Assembly (NCBI GenBank): GCA_964016885.1
Contig: OZ024741.1
Span: 210,180,001-210,244,000 of the forward strand
Reading direction: 5' to 3'
DNA length: 64,000 nt
Source of the DNA: Eledone cirrhosa
Lineage: Eukaryota
The first letter of the stretch is position 1, and every line of letters starts with the position of its first letter. The notes beneath the pieces are model-generated. The model saw only the letters and a list, made by a program, of their open reading frames with translations. It was not told the DNA's origin and ran no database searches. Shown here piece after piece: positions 14,201 to 27,155 of the stretch. Position numbers and translations under genes: made by a program.

Positions 14201-15500
14201 CTACAGTAATACCGTACAATATCTTGTCTGTGGACTCACAGCTGAGATATCGTATCACTAGCTGTTGTCTACAGTAATACCGTACAATATCTTGTCTGTG
14301 GACTCACAGCTGAGATATCGTATCACTAGCTGTTGTCTACAGTAATACCTTACAATATCTTGTCAGTGGACTCACAGCTGAGATATCGTATCACTAGCTG
14401 TTGTCTACAGTAATACCTTACAATATCTTGTCTGTGGACTCACAGCTGTGATATCGTATCACTGGCTGTTGTCTACAGTAATATCTTACACTATCTTGTC
14501 TGTGGGGCACAGCTGAGATATCGTATCACTGGCTGTTGTCTACAGTAATACCTTACAATATCTTGTCTGTGAACTCACTGCTGAGATATCGTATCACTAG
14601 CTGTTGTCTACAGTAATACCTTACACTATCTTGTCTGTGGGGCACAGCTGAGATATCGTATCAATGGTTGTTGTCTACAGTAATATCTTACACTATCTTG
14701 TCTGTGGACTCACAGCTGAGATATCGTATCACTAGCTGTTGTCTACAGTAATACCTTACACTATCTTGTCTGTGGACTCACAGCTGAGATATCGTATCAC
14801 TGGCTGTTGTCTATAGTAATACCTTACAATATCTTGTCTGTGGGGCACAGCTGAGTTATCGTATCACTAGCTGTTGCCTACAGTAATATCTTACACTATC
14901 TTGTCTGTGGACTCACAGCTGAGATATCGTATCGTTAGTTGTTGTCTACAGTAATACCTTACAATATCGTATCACTAGCTGTTGTCTACAGTAATACCTT
15001 ACAATATCTTGTATGTGGTACACAGCTGAGATATCGTGTCACTGGCTGTTGTCTACAGTAATATCTTACACTATCTTGTCTGTGGACTCACAGCTGAGAT
15101 ATCGTATCACTAGCTGTTGTCTATAGTAATATCTTACACTATCTTGTCTGTGGACTCACAGCTGAGATATCGTATCACTAGCTGTTGTCTATAGTAATAC
15201 CTTACAATATCTTGGCTGTGGACTCACAGCTGAGATATCGTATCACTAGCTGTTGTCTATAGTAATACCTTACATAATCTTGTCTGTGGACTCACAGCTG
15301 AGATATCGTATCACTGGCTGTTGTCTACAGTAATACCTTACACTATCTTGTCTGTGGGGCACAGCTGAGATATCGTATCACTGGCTGTTGTCTACAGTAA
15401 TACCTTACAATATCTTGTCTGTGGGGCACAGAAATCTTGTTCGTGGGGCAAAGCAGTGATACCTTGTCACTGGCAGTTGTCTATAGCAATACCTTACAAT
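5291..15500. repeat. Tandem satellite, 67/68-bp monomer, roughly 150 copies, with 40-bp deletion variants
   Basis: Monomer gctgttgtctacagtaataccttacaatatcttgtctgtgg(act/gg)cacagctgagatatcgtatcacta; period 67 measured at 5341 and 5408. Confidence 0.98.
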
Positions 15501-15730
15501 CCACAATCTGGTGTAGTCTGCGACTAACCCAGATTTTGCCGCACGTATGGCTGAGGAGGCCAAACTCTTCAAATACCTGTCGCTCTCCGACAGGTTTGCG
15601 GTTGTACCCTTGGCAGTGGAGACTTCTGATGTCCTCGGCCCTAGGGATACCTCCCTACTCACCACCATAGGCGCTGAACTGGCCAACCGCAGGCGAGGTG
15701 GAGTGGCTTTTCTAGCGCGTCTCCCTTGCT
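15500..15730 (+). mobile_element. CRE-clade-like non-LTR retrotransposon 3' fragment (restriction-like endonuclease C-terminus)
   Basis: AEEAKLFKYLSLSDRFAVVPLAVETSDVLGP matches the A-E-x-x-K-x-x-K-Y...F-x-P-x-A-V-E-T-x-G pattern; homologous to 63090-63400. Confidence 0.7.
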
Positions 15731-15732
15731 AA

Positions 15733-16480
15733 AGGCACAGCTGTGATATCTTGTCTGTAGGGGACAGCTGTGATATCTATCTGTGGGGCATAGCTGTGAT
15801 ATCTTGTCTGTAGGGCACAGCTGTGCTATCTAGTCTGTGTGGTATAAATAAAATGTTTTGTCGCTGGCTGTTGTCTACAGCAATACCTTCAATATCTCCT
15901 TCACGGGTTATACCTGAAATATCTAGTCCCTATCTGTTGTCTACAGCAATACCTTCAATATCTCCTTCAAGGGTTATAGCTGGTATATATTTCATAGCTA
16001 AAACCTTAGATTTTGTCGAATGAGGTAAAGTAGCTGATATAGCGGGTATCGCTGTCTGTTCTCTATAGCAATACTTTCAATATCTTGTCTGTGGACTGCA
16101 GCTGAGATATATCATATAGTTAAAACACTAGGAGTTTGACACATGAAGTTAAACAGCTGATTAAGCGGGTAGCTTTGGCTGTTCTCTATAACAATTCTTT
16201 CAATATCTTGTCTGTGGACTGCAGCTGAGATATATCATATAGTTAAAATGCATGGAGTTTTTGTTGTTGTTGTTGTTACAGTTCACACCTATGCAGGTTT
16301 AGCTGGCCTCCTCCAAGGTATACCTCGTTGGAGGTGTCTTGGGTGATTTCAAGGATAGGGACCCCAGTCCTATCATCCTAGGAGTTTGTCACATGAAGTT
16401 AAATAGTTGATTTAGCGGCTATCTTTGGCTGTTCTTCACAGCAATACTTTTGACATCTTGTTAGACGCAGGGCACAGCAG
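15733..16480. repeat. Degenerate and expanded satellite-related units
   Basis: Retains ctgttgtctacagcaatacc, atatcttgtctgtgg and cagctgagata motifs in ~60-120-bp units. Confidence 0.75.
16261..16380 (-). mobile_element. Short retroposed insertion with (AAC)n tail and 7-bp target-site duplication
   Basis: ggagttt at 16254-16260 and 16381-16387; the uninterrupted sister unit reads taggagtttgacacatgaag at ~16130. Confidence 0.6.
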
Positions 16481-16798
16481 AGATTTAACCCCTTCTCTAG
16501 TCAATGGTGTAGAGTTAACCTTTTCCTCATCCCTCGTCCACCTTTTCGTTTCTTTCTTTCTTTACTGTAAAGCTAATGACAATAAATTGTTCAAGAAAAA
16601 AAGTACTTTTTCAATTCTGCCAAAACAGAATCGTATTACATACTGTAGGACTGATTCCGGCTTGTTTTCATGCTGCAAAGAAGGAACCCTTTTTATGCCA
16701 CAAAAGAAGGAACCCAGCGCCAGAAAGAGCCCACAAAATGAACCCATTCCGGAAGAACAACATTTTTTATCTTCGTGAAATTGTTCATATCTGCGGAA

Positions 16799-16882
16799 GT
16801 TCGTAAGATGGCGACTTACTGTACATATGTTCGTAAGTTGGGGACTTACTGTACATATGTTCGTAAGGTGGAGACTTACTGT
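16799..16882. repeat. 30-bp tandem repeat, about 3 copies
   Basis: gttcgtaag(a/t/g)tgg(c/g/a)gacttactgtacatat repeated. Confidence 0.9.
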
Positions 16883-17404
16883 TATCAAGGCCGGACTTTT
16901 ACCTGCTGAGATCCTTAGCTATATGAAATTTGAGGTACTTCTCTAATATTACGTATGATGATTATATTTTTTAATGTTAATGATAAAAACAATCCCATCG
17001 CTTGATACTTAAGCATGAACATCACGGACGTGGCTTTTTATTCCTGCTAGGGACTTGCCTTTGGCCAGCAATATCATGTATCGCAAAAAATGTCACATAT
17101 CAAGCGATGTCTGTGCTTGAAGATTTTTTAAGTGAGGAAAGGCATTGCAACGCACCAGAGTACATGATACTAGTAGAGTGGGTAATTTGAAAAGATTCAA
17201 AACCCCGACGGCTGAGCTCCGGCCGTTTCCAAATAAAAGTTCGTTTTAAAAACTAAGGCCCTAAGCTATATCTTATTTAGCTTATAGGTAAGTCAACCAT
17301 TCACAGCTGTTAACCTTGCCAGTGATTGATTTTATATGTCATTCATAGTTGAATGGTTAGGGTGGTTGTGATGACTGATGTATTGAGAAGTCTTATAGTA
17401 CAAC

Positions 17405-17562
17405 AAGGCGGCGAATTGGCAGAGTCGTTAAAACGTCGGATATAATGCTTTGTAGTATTCATTTCGGATCTGTGCTTTCTGAGTTCAAATCCCACCGAGG
17501 TCAATTTCGTCTTTCATCCATTCAAGGTCGATAAACAGTAGCAGTCTAATACTGGGGTCGAT
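17405..17562 (+). mobile_element. tRNA-derived SINE (octopus-type, Meta-like central domain)
   Basis: A-box-like tggcagagtcgtt, B-box gagttcaaatccc, central ctttcatccattcaaggtcgataaa. Confidence 0.8.
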
Positions 17563-17629
17563 TCTTCCTCTATATCTCTTTCTTACTTCCATTTTATCAC
17601 TCTCTATCCTTCTCTGGAAGAAACCTGCT

Positions 17630-17725
17630 GTATTCAGGACTGGAGAAGAGATGGGCTCCGCCAGGTTTCAAAAAATGTCCTAGAAACATCGTATGTCAAT
17701 ATGGCGCTCCTACAGCTCCCTCTAG
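17630..17725 (+). repeat. Unclassified ~90-bp dispersed repeat (other copies 22477-22560 +, 63862-63918 -, 63927-63970 -)
   Basis: ctggaga(a/g)gagatgggctcc...tcctagaaacatcgtatgtcaata(t/c)ggcgc shared between copies. Confidence 0.7.
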
Positions 17726-17744
17726 AGTTACAGATCCATACCAT

Positions 17745-18055
17745 ACTACAAATACAACAAAAACGACAACAACAAGAACAGCAACAACGATGACGACCAT
17801 AACAAGAACAGCAACCACAATGACGACGACGATAACAACAACGATGACAACAATAACAACGACAACAACAACGACGACGATAAGAACAACAACAACAACA
17901 ACAACGACGACGATAAGAACAACAACAACAACAACAACAACGCAACAGTTCCCACAGCAGTGGCAACAATAACATCAGCAACAACATCAATAACCACAAT
18001 AACACCGACATCAGCAGCATCAATATCAACAAAAACAACTACTTCTCCTACTAAA

Positions 18056-18100
<45 letters not shown>

Positions 18101-18490
18101 GCTGCTGCTACTGCTGCTACTACTACTACTACTACTACTACTGCTGCTACTACTACTACTACTACTACTACTACTGCTGCTGCTACTGCTACTACTACTA
18201 CTACTACTACTAATACTGCTGCTGCTACTTCTACTACTACTATTACTACTACGTCCACCTCCGCCACCATCATACTACCACCACCATCACCACTACTACT
18301 ACAACCACTACCACCACCATCACTACTACTAAAACTGCCACACCACCACCACCATCATACCACCACCACCACCACGCCACCACCACCATCATACCACCAC
18401 TACCACCACCATACCACCCCCACCCCTACCCCACCATACACCACCACCATACACCACCACCACCACCACCATACACCACCACCACCAGCC
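17745..18490. repeat. Compound trinucleotide microsatellite (ACA/ACG, CTA/CTG, CCA)
   Basis: Direct inspection. Confidence 0.95.
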
Positions 18491-18722
18491 ATGTTCCCAT
18501 CTTGTATGTTCTATTAAACGATCCAGTTAAATTCTATTTAAAATTAATTCGTGGATTGATTAAGGTTTGAGAGAAGTGAGCTTGAGGCATAGAAAATGAA
18601 AGAAAGTGTAAACTGCAGACATAATGGCGATATTGAACGAGAATTCCCCAAAGTGTATATAGCCAGTGAACATAGAGATCACATATTGCCTGATTATACA
18701 CCAATACGCCATCAATACATTG

Positions 18723-18775
<53 letters not shown>

Positions 18776-18797
18776 TATATGTATATATAAGTATATA

Positions 18798-18842
<45 letters not shown>

Positions 18843-18844
<2 letters not shown>

Positions 18845-21654
18845 CTTTGAACTTTGAATAACTTTGAAATGTTTTGGCCAGTATTGGCCCAGGCCATGTC
18901 TAACTTAATAGCACCACCTGGCGAAGTCTTTCAATTCAGGATTTGGGCACCATGGCCCATTCGAGAAGAGAATTACTGTTTGCGGAGACATATCCGGGTG
19001 TGGGTGGTTTGTCCGGGATTACTTGGAGGAATTTGTCCAAAGACTTCTTGAATTTTGTGTGGTCAGTTTCTGTTTTGACGTGTCCTGGTGTGATGTTGAA
19101 GAGAGCAGGGCCGATTGAGGTGAAATAATTGTGCCGTATTGTTGTTATGAGTTGCGATTTAGATTTTTGAATGGGACGGATAGCACGGGGCCCAAGCCTT
19201 GGGTGTATCTTAAAGGCGATGCCAACATCATTTGGGCAGTGATGATGGAACATTTTCCACATCATGCAGATAATATAACGCTCACGGCGACGTTGGAGTG
19301 AGTAAAGTTTCAGGTTTTCCAATCGACCCCAGTAGTCAAGGTCTGACATGCCATCTATCTTTTTCGTGATTGCCCTTTGAGGAGCTTCAAGTTTCATGAT
19401 ACTTTGTTTCGTGTGGGGAGACCACAGTGGACAACAGTATTCAAGGTGTGGTCGGGCGAAAGTAGAGAAGAGAAGGATAATGGTGCGGGAATCTCTCGAC
19501 TGGAAGGTTCTGAGGATCCAGGAACACATTCTGCGGGCCATGTCAACTTTGCTGCTTATATGCGTGGTCCAGCTTATGTTGCTGTCCACGGTTACTCCCA
19601 AGTCTCTGATGTTGTTAGATGCCACGAGAGTTTCCCCGGAGGGAAGGGAGTACGGGAGTTTCAGAGCATCCTCTTTTCCAAAGTGGATCAGTTCGAATTT
19701 GTCTTCGTTCAGTAACATGTTGTTCTTTTCTGCCCATTGGGTAACAGCCAGTAGGTCTGACTGAAGGCTTATCCGGTCATCCACGCCATTGATGACCTTT
19801 TGGAGCTTGGAATCATCAGCGAAAATTTTAATGTTGCTGTGTTTGATGATGTCAGTGATGTCATTAATATAGATGATGAAGAGAAGTGGGCCCAACACAG
19901 TGCCTTGTGGGACTCCACTACTGACTTTGGCTGGGCTTGATTTGACTCCCTCAACTACAACATGTTGGGTTCTGTTTGACAGGAAGCTCTTGATCCACTG
20001 CAGCAGCTTTCCAGTGACACCAATATTGGACAGCTTTCTCAGTAGAATGTTATGATCAACCCTGTCAAAGGCCTTGCTGAAATCAAGGTAGATAACATCA
20101 GTGTTGGAACCCTCTCCCAAGGCTCTCAAAATGTCATCAAAGTGATGCAGTAGTTGCGTCAGGCAATCCCTTCCATTACGGAATCCATGCTGGTTGGAGT
20201 TCAGCATATTGTTACTCTCAAGGAAGTGGGTCATTCGCGATCTCACCACTCGCTCAAATACCTTAATGATATGAGAGGTGAGTGAGATTGGACGGTAATT
20301 CACGGCAAGGGATTTGTTTCCCTTTTTGAAAACTGGGACAACAGACTGGGATAGAAGGTTTTCTGGCACATATCCAGCATCCAGTGAGTTCCGCCACAGA
20401 TTGGCAAGAGGAGAAGCAAGTTGGTGTTGACACGCCTTCAGGACACAAGCAGGGAACCTATCGGGACCTACTGCTGAATTATGCTTGATTTCCTTTATTG
20501 CCGCCAAGACATCAGGGGCGCCAAACGTTATGTCCGATAAGGTGTAATGGGGAGTAACATCGCCGATACAGCCCAGATCGGCCATATCAGGATTGCTGAA
20601 AACAGAGCAGTATTGTTTCTGCAGTATCTCACCCATGGTTTTAGCATTGTCTTGAAGAGTGCCATTTTCATCAATTAGAGGGCCAACAGTAGAGCCAGTG
20701 ATTTTGTGTTTTTTTGCAAATGAAAAGAACACTTTGGGATTGAGTTTGATCTTCTCAATGGCCCAGGCCTCTTCAGCTCTTCTCTGATTGTTGATGAGGG
20801 ACATTATGTTGTTTTGGAGGTTATGTTTTTTAATCTCTAGTGATGAAATGGCAGTCAAGTTGATGTGTTGCTGCTGACAGTATTTCAGATTGTTGATTTT
20901 TTTGTTCGTTCTCTTAATTTTTCTGATGAGCGTTTTTCTATTTCTAGGGATTCTGCTCTTAGATTTGTTTATAGTTCTTAATGGGGTGTGTTTAGCACAT
21001 ATGTTTGTAACAGTGTCCACAAATGTCTGCCAGGACTTTTTGATGTTAGTGGGTGTATGAGTGTGCGTGAAGGACCAGTCGACATGTGCAAGATCATGAC
21101 TGATCGCTTCCCAGTTTGCATTGTGGAAATCCATAGTATTGGACGGTGGAATCTCAGATCACAGAGAACCATGTCATGATCAGAGAGTAGAGTTTTCTCC
21201 ACTGCAATATTGTGGATATTGTCAGTGTGATTGCTGAAAATTAAGTCTAGGACGTTTTTGTGGCACCTCGTTGGTTCGAGCACTAGTTGGGATAGGAAGA
21301 AATCATCCATGAAGTCAAGAAGCGATTCCACAGCTTCCCTGTCAGAGGTTGAGGCAGAAGAACCTGGTGGCAGGGTGTTTGTGGACCAGTCAACTCCGGG
21401 GAGGTTGAAGTCCCCCATCATTAAGATGTTGTCAGGGTGACACTCTTGGATGAAACACTTTATGCTGTTGAGGCATTCCTTGAAGCATGGTACAGGCGTT
21501 TGGGGTGGCCTATAGAGCCCAACTACTAATAGGTTGTTGGTTTGACTGAATACAGTGACTGCCTCACAGTATCCATTAGTGAATATGTTCATAGCCTCTG
21601 TTGAGAAAGAATTATGGACATAAATGGCACACATATATATATGGACATAAATGG

Positions 21655-21660
<6 letters not shown>
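18843..21660 (-). mobile_element. 5'-truncated CR1-clade-like LINE inserted in (TA)n
   Basis: APE part (GLYRPP, MGDFNLP, VLDLIF, LSDHD) at 21135-21630 is frameshifted into the RT ORF; 3' tail of (TTCAAAG)-type repeats at 18843-18870. Confidence 0.9.
18936..21134 (-). CDS. LINE ORF2 reverse transcriptase (732-aa open frame)
   Basis: [53 protein letters not shown]. Confidence 0.92.
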   Translation of the reverse strand: MDFHNANWEAISHDLAHVDWSFTHTHTPTNIKKSWQTFVDTVTNICAKHTPLRTINKSKSRIPRNRKTLIRKIKRTNKKINNLKYCQQQHINLTAISSLEIKKHNLQNNIMSLINNQRRAEEAWAIEKIKLNPKVFFSFAKKHKITGSTVGPLIDENGTLQDNAKTMGEILQKQYCSVFSNPDMADLGCIGDVTPHYTLSDITFGAPDVLAAIKEIKHNSAVGPDRFPACVLKACQHQLASPLANLWRNSLDAGYVPENLLSQSVVPVFKKGNKSLAVNYRPISLTSHIIKVFERVVRSRMTHFLESNNMLNSNQHGFRNGRDCLTQLLHHFDDILRALGEGSNTDVIYLDFSKAFDRVDHNILLRKLSNIGVTGKLLQWIKSFLSNRTQHVVVEGVKSSPAKVSSGVPQGTVLGPLLFIIYINDITDIIKHSNIKIFADDSKLQKVINGVDDRISLQSDLLAVTQWAEKNNMLLNEDKFELIHFGKEDALKLPYSLPSGETLVASNNIRDLGVTVDSNISWTTHISSKVDMARRMCSWILRTFQSRDSRTIILLFSTFARPHLEYCCPLWSPHTKQSIMKLEAPQRAITKKIDGMSDLDYWGRLENLKLYSLQRRRERYIICMMWKMFHHHCPNDVGIAFKIHPRLGPRAIRPIQKSKSQLITTIRHNYFTSIGPALFNITPGHVKTETDHTKFKKSLDKFLQVIPDKPPTPGYVSANSNSLLEWAMVPKS

Positions 21661-21721
<61 letters not shown>

Positions 21722-21864
21722 ATGTATATGCATATATATACATATATAAATGTCTATATATGTATATATATATGTATACACACACACATATATGAATGCA
21801 TATATATAGGTGTGTATATATATATTTATATATATATATATATACATACATATATATATATGTA

Positions 21865-21908
<44 letters not shown>

Positions 21909-22133
21909 CGTGTAGGGTGTTCAAAATAATGTATACACTCTTCACACATATTGTTGTAACATTGTGACGTTTTGTTTGGATCATTACATTTACTTTATTA
22001 TTTATTACTCGTATGAGAGGGAGAGTGAGTGAGAGTGGGGAGCCAGAGAGGAGTGAAGGGAGTGAGAGAGATGGAAAAAGAGAGAGGCGAGAGAGGGTGA
22101 GAGACGGAGTGATATATATATATATATATATAT

Positions 22134-22179
<46 letters not shown>

Positions 22180-22702
22180 GAGAAAGAAAGAAAAAAAGAA
22201 AGAGAGTAAGAAAGAAAGTGTGTGGAGAGCGGAAAACACTGGAAAGATCGCTTCAGCATTAATATAAAATGTCCTGCATAGTTAGTTAGAACCTACATAT
22301 ACCAACATTGAATTTATTTGTATTTTGTTCTGATGTGGGTATTATATTTCTGTTGTGTCCACTGTGTGGTGCCGAAAGAATTGTTTGGGCTGTGTTGTGA
22401 ACGTCACTTTGTTGGACCTTTTACATATCCAAATCGTCACATCCAATATACTTTAACCAGTGTATTATTTTATTCCTGGAGAGGAGATGGGCTCCACCAT
22501 ATTTTAAAATATCCTAGAAACATCGTATGTCAATACGGCGCCCCAGTGACTCCCTCAGGATTTCCGGGTCCATCCACCCAGCCAGCCATTATTTTATCAA
22601 CTCAGCTATGATGATTGTGTTGATGATGGTGAAGATAGTTGTGCTAATGGTGGTGGTGGTGGTGGTGGAGTAGGGTGTGGTGACAGAGTGGTTATATAAT
22701 TA

Positions 22703-23326
22703 TCTATATGTTACTAAAAGTCTGTGATTGCTTGCTTGCCTGTGATGTAATACAGCCAAAAGGGCGCATAATGGAAAAATACTTTGAAAGGGGGTTGTCC
22801 CTGAAATGGGAATACAAATAGAATAAAACAGGTTTCGTGTAAATCGGACTACGGGTTCCCGAGTTAAACAAAAAGAGAGAAAGATAGAGAGGAAGAGATA
22901 TTGGTTGTGACAGAGTAGATTGAAAGAGAGACATCGACAGAGGGAGAGGAGACGGAGAAGGATAATGGAAGAGAGCTGGTGGTGTTGTTGTGTGTATATA
23001 TATATATATGAGTGTGTGTATATATATATATATATATGTGTGTGTGTCTATGACCAGTGCATATATATCACAGACACCCACATATATATATATATACATA
23101 TACACACCCACCAACATATATATATATATACATATATACACACACACAAACATACACATTTATATTTATACATACAAACACGTATATATATGGGCCTTTC
23201 AGTTTCATTTCACAATATATACATGTCTGTGTACATTTTAATTATTTAAAAATTATTCTTTAGTGAACATGATTTTTCAAAAATATTTTGAAGTGAACGT
23301 GACCCAACGGGTCACGGGTGGTCTAG
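22703..23326 (+). mobile_element. Non-autonomous Helitron
   Basis: 5' A|TCTATATGTTACTAAAAG at 22702/22703; 3' GC hairpin cgtgaccc-aac-gggtcacg at 23298-23316 followed by ggtggt-CTAG|T (23323-23327); A|T target. Confidence 0.75.
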
Positions 23327-23481
23327 TTGTTAATAAGAATACATTCATAGCATCGTAATGACGTACCATACCTGGGCCCTCGGAGGCAATCTATCTCCAG
23401 GTCTGAACAAAGTCGATTTCTTCCAGACAAGGAATGAGACTGATAAAGAAAAAGCATGAGTGTGAAAGAGATATAGAAGAA

Positions 23482-23643
23482 GAATCAACCCCAGTATTAA
23501 ACTGGTACTTTATTTATCGATACTGAATGGATGAAAAGCAAAGGTGAGCTCAGTAGAATTTGAACTCAGAGAACAGAGAGTCAGAACAAATGCCACGAAG
23601 CATTGTATCTGGCATGCTAACGAATCTGACACTTAGCCAGCTT
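23482..23643 (-). mobile_element. tRNA-derived SINE, diverged
   Basis: Reverse complement of the SINE: ctggtactttatttatcga...ggatgaaaagcaaagg...atttgaactcag. Confidence 0.75.
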
Positions 23644-24256
23644 AATGACAAAGAGAAAAAGAAAGAAAGAAAGAAAGAAGGAAGGAAAGAGAAGTGAGGA
23701 AAGGGAGCTGGGGAAAATTCTACACCCTTGGACGTGCAAGTAGCTGTTGCTAACGTCAAAGGATATATCATAGTTCGCTGAAACATTTAAAAAAAAATCT
23801 TTATAATTTTACTCCTGATGCATCATACAGAAAAACCACTGCAAAAAAAAAAAAAAAAAAAATTAATAATAACAAAAACATAAAGAAAAGGAAATATTTA
23901 AAAATCGATACAATAATAATTTACGTCATCCATTGTAAAGTAGAGGGTTGAAACTATCTCGGGACAATCAATAAATCCAATGCCCTCACAATGAAAGCAT
24001 AAAGAAGCAACGAGCAAAATGCAGCAGTTAGATTTCTATAAAAGCATCATCCTTATATATATTATCTACCATTGAAATATCTGCTTCAAAATGGCGCCAT
24101 AGCACAACAGGAAAGGCTTTTCATTATCTTATAATTTAGAGAAAGAAACAGCGCCATTAAAAAATAAAAAATAATATGCTAATGAGTGAATCACAGTATT
24201 GAAGGATATTTTTTCCTGCAGTTCACATGTATACACACAGACACACACACACACAC

Positions 24257-24319
<63 letters not shown>

Positions 24320-24341
24320 CACACACACATATATATATATG

Positions 24342-24385
<44 letters not shown>

Positions 24386-24399
24386 CATACACACATATA

Positions 24400-24447
<48 letters not shown>

Positions 24448-24453
24448 TATATG

Positions 24454-24556
<103 letters not shown>

Positions 24557-25014
24557 GTATATATATAAAATATATATAATGTACAAGATTGCTTGATTTC
24601 TAATATATAAAACTTTCGTTGCCATATTTCTAATGAAAGACACTGCCTATGATTACAAATAATTTTGAAAATAGTTAATAATGATGGTGATAATTAAAAT
24701 CAATAGATAAAGACAAAATTAAAGTAATGAAAAGGTGGGGAAGGGATAAACAAGGGCAGATCTAGTTGTGTAGGAAAGTAGAGGAAAGGACTATAAATGC
24801 CATAAATGAGAGGAAACGGAGGGGAAAGGGAAGGACTATTAGGCCACGGAAGAAGTGGGTCGGAGACGGTAATGGGCTCTAAGCCTAGGGTGGGGTAGTG
24901 TTTCGGCTGCGCCCTGCAGACTAAACTGCAAAGGTATTTTCGTACACTGTGGCTATTGACACTTGCTGCAATAGCCAACCCACCTCGCGGGCCGCCTCCC
25001 TTCCGACGAGTGCT

Positions 25015-25698
25015 GCGAAAACTGAGACACTGGTCCTTTCAAGGAAGCCAGCGCAGTGCATTCTGCATGTAAATGGAGCAATACTGAAGGAGGTTACACA
25101 AGTTCAAGTGTCTCGTGGCTGTGTTCGCCAGTGATGGAAGGCAGGGGCCTGAATTAAGGGCAAGAATTGCAGGAGCTGGTGCAGTAATGTGTCAGCTTCA
25201 GCATTCGGTAATCAAAGGAAGGAGGTAGGTGTAAAAGCCAAACTTGCTACCTTTAATTCAGTATTCGTAGTCAGGAATCTTGGGTAGTGACCGAAAGAAT
25301 GTGATCGCGAATAGAAGAGGCCGAAATGAGGATCCTCCGAATGGTTTTTGGAGTAACGTTACTCAATAGAGTGCGTAGCTGGAAGATTATTGAGTCACTC
25401 TTGGTAGAGCCGCTACTTCTCCAAATTGCGAGATCTCAGATCCGATACTATGGGTATGTCGTTAGAATGTCCCAGGAAAAACCAAACTGCAAGAGACCCA
25501 GGGGTAGACCCCCTAGAACGATGGTTGGATAACATCCATGAGCTTGGCTGGATAACATCAATGATGGTTGCTTCTGACAGGACCCCCTTCAAGGGGTGTT
25601 TGAGGAATCTGCCACCATGTGGGCGAAAAAAAAAAGAAGAAGAAGAAGAAGAAGAAGAAGAAGAAGAAGAAGAAGAAGAAGAAGAAGAAGAAGAAGAA
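25015..25698 (+). mobile_element. 3' fragment of an RTE-clade LINE with (GAA)n tail
   Basis: KTETLVLSRKP, RILRMVFGVTLLNRVRS...RYYGYVVRM, KRPRGRP, RWLDNI; (GAA)n at 25635-25698; same family as 60740-61130. Confidence 0.85.
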
Positions 25699-25872
25699 CT
25701 GTAGTACCGTGGGACCAGGGGTAAGTGTGATGCAATTTTGTATAAAGAATTAACAATTAATTGTACTTTGGTAGGGTTAAACAACCAACACGCACTGGTT
25801 GTTTTTCACTTCTGTCCCTATTTTATTAATCAGTTCGACAATTAGTTCGTTACTCAGCTGAAAATGTCTTCC

Positions 25873-26708
25873 TCAATTTTCTTTCGTCACAGCATGTGAC
25901 CTTATCGATGACTGTGCGCTCTCGAATACATCATTCTCGTTATTTATACTTATTCCATGTATTCTACTCGTTTCAGTATGCCCATAAAAGGTTGATTGTG
26001 GAAGACCATTAGTCATCATACATACCAGTCTCCCCTCTCGTGGAAGACCAGTAGTGATCATACATACCAGTCTCCCCTCTCGTGGAAGACCAGTAGTCAT
26101 CATACATACCAGTCTCCCCTCTGGTGGAAGACCAGTAGTGATCATACATACCAGTCTCCCCTCTCGTTGAAGACCAGTAGTCATCATACATACCAGTCTC
26201 CCCTCTCGTGGAAGACCAGTAGTCATCATACATACCAGTCTCCCCTCTCGTTGAAGACCAGTAGTCATCATACATACCAGTCTCCCCTCTGGTGGAAGAC
26301 CAGTAGTCATCATACATACCAGTCTCCCCTCTCGTGGAAGACCAGCAGTCATCATACATACCAGTCTCCCATCTCGTGGAAGACCAGTAGTCATCATACA
26401 TACCAGTCTCCCCTCTCGTGGAAGACCAGTAGTCATCATACATACCAGTCTCCCATCTCGTGGAAGACCAGTAGTCATCATACATACCAGTCTCCCCTCT
26501 CGTGGAAGACCAGTAGTCATCATACATACCAGTCTCCCCTCTGGTGGAAGACCAGTAGTGATCATACATACCAGTCTCCCATCTCGTGGAAGACCAGTAG
26601 TCATCATACATACCAGTCTCCCATCTCGTGGAAGACCAGTAGTCATCATACATACCAGTCTCCCCTCTCGTGGAAGACCAGTAGTCATCATACATACCAG
26701 TCTCCCCT
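25873..26708 (-). repeat. 42-bp minisatellite (~17 copies, 25998-26708) continuous with a decayed RTE C-terminal remnant (25873-25997)
   Basis: Unit gtggaagaccagtagtcatcatacataccagtctcccctctc; minus frame reads (GRLVCMMTTGLPRE)n then GRLVCMMTNGLPQSTFYG. Confidence 0.85.
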
Positions 26709-26744
26709 GTCAAGGCCGATACAGCTTGACACCAACGACGTCAC

Positions 26745-26850
26745 AACTCATTTCAGGCAGCTGAATAAACTGGAAATAACGGGAAATAAGGTATCTTGCT
26801 CAAAAGTTCATGATTGGAGGCCCAACACTATAACCACTAAGCCACGCTCC
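26745..26850 (-). mobile_element. CORE-type SINE fragment
   Basis: cagctgaataaactggaaataacgggaaataaggtatcttgctcaa...taaccactaagccac resembles the reverse strand of CORE-SINE core and head. Confidence 0.55.
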
Positions 26851-26896
26851 TTCATATATATCTATATATATGTATATATATATAAATATATATATA

Positions 26897-27155
<259 letters not shown>

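Noticed and set aside
5291-15500. CRISPR-like regular array
   Set aside because: No unique spacers and no cas genes; the whole monomer repeats; eukaryotic context
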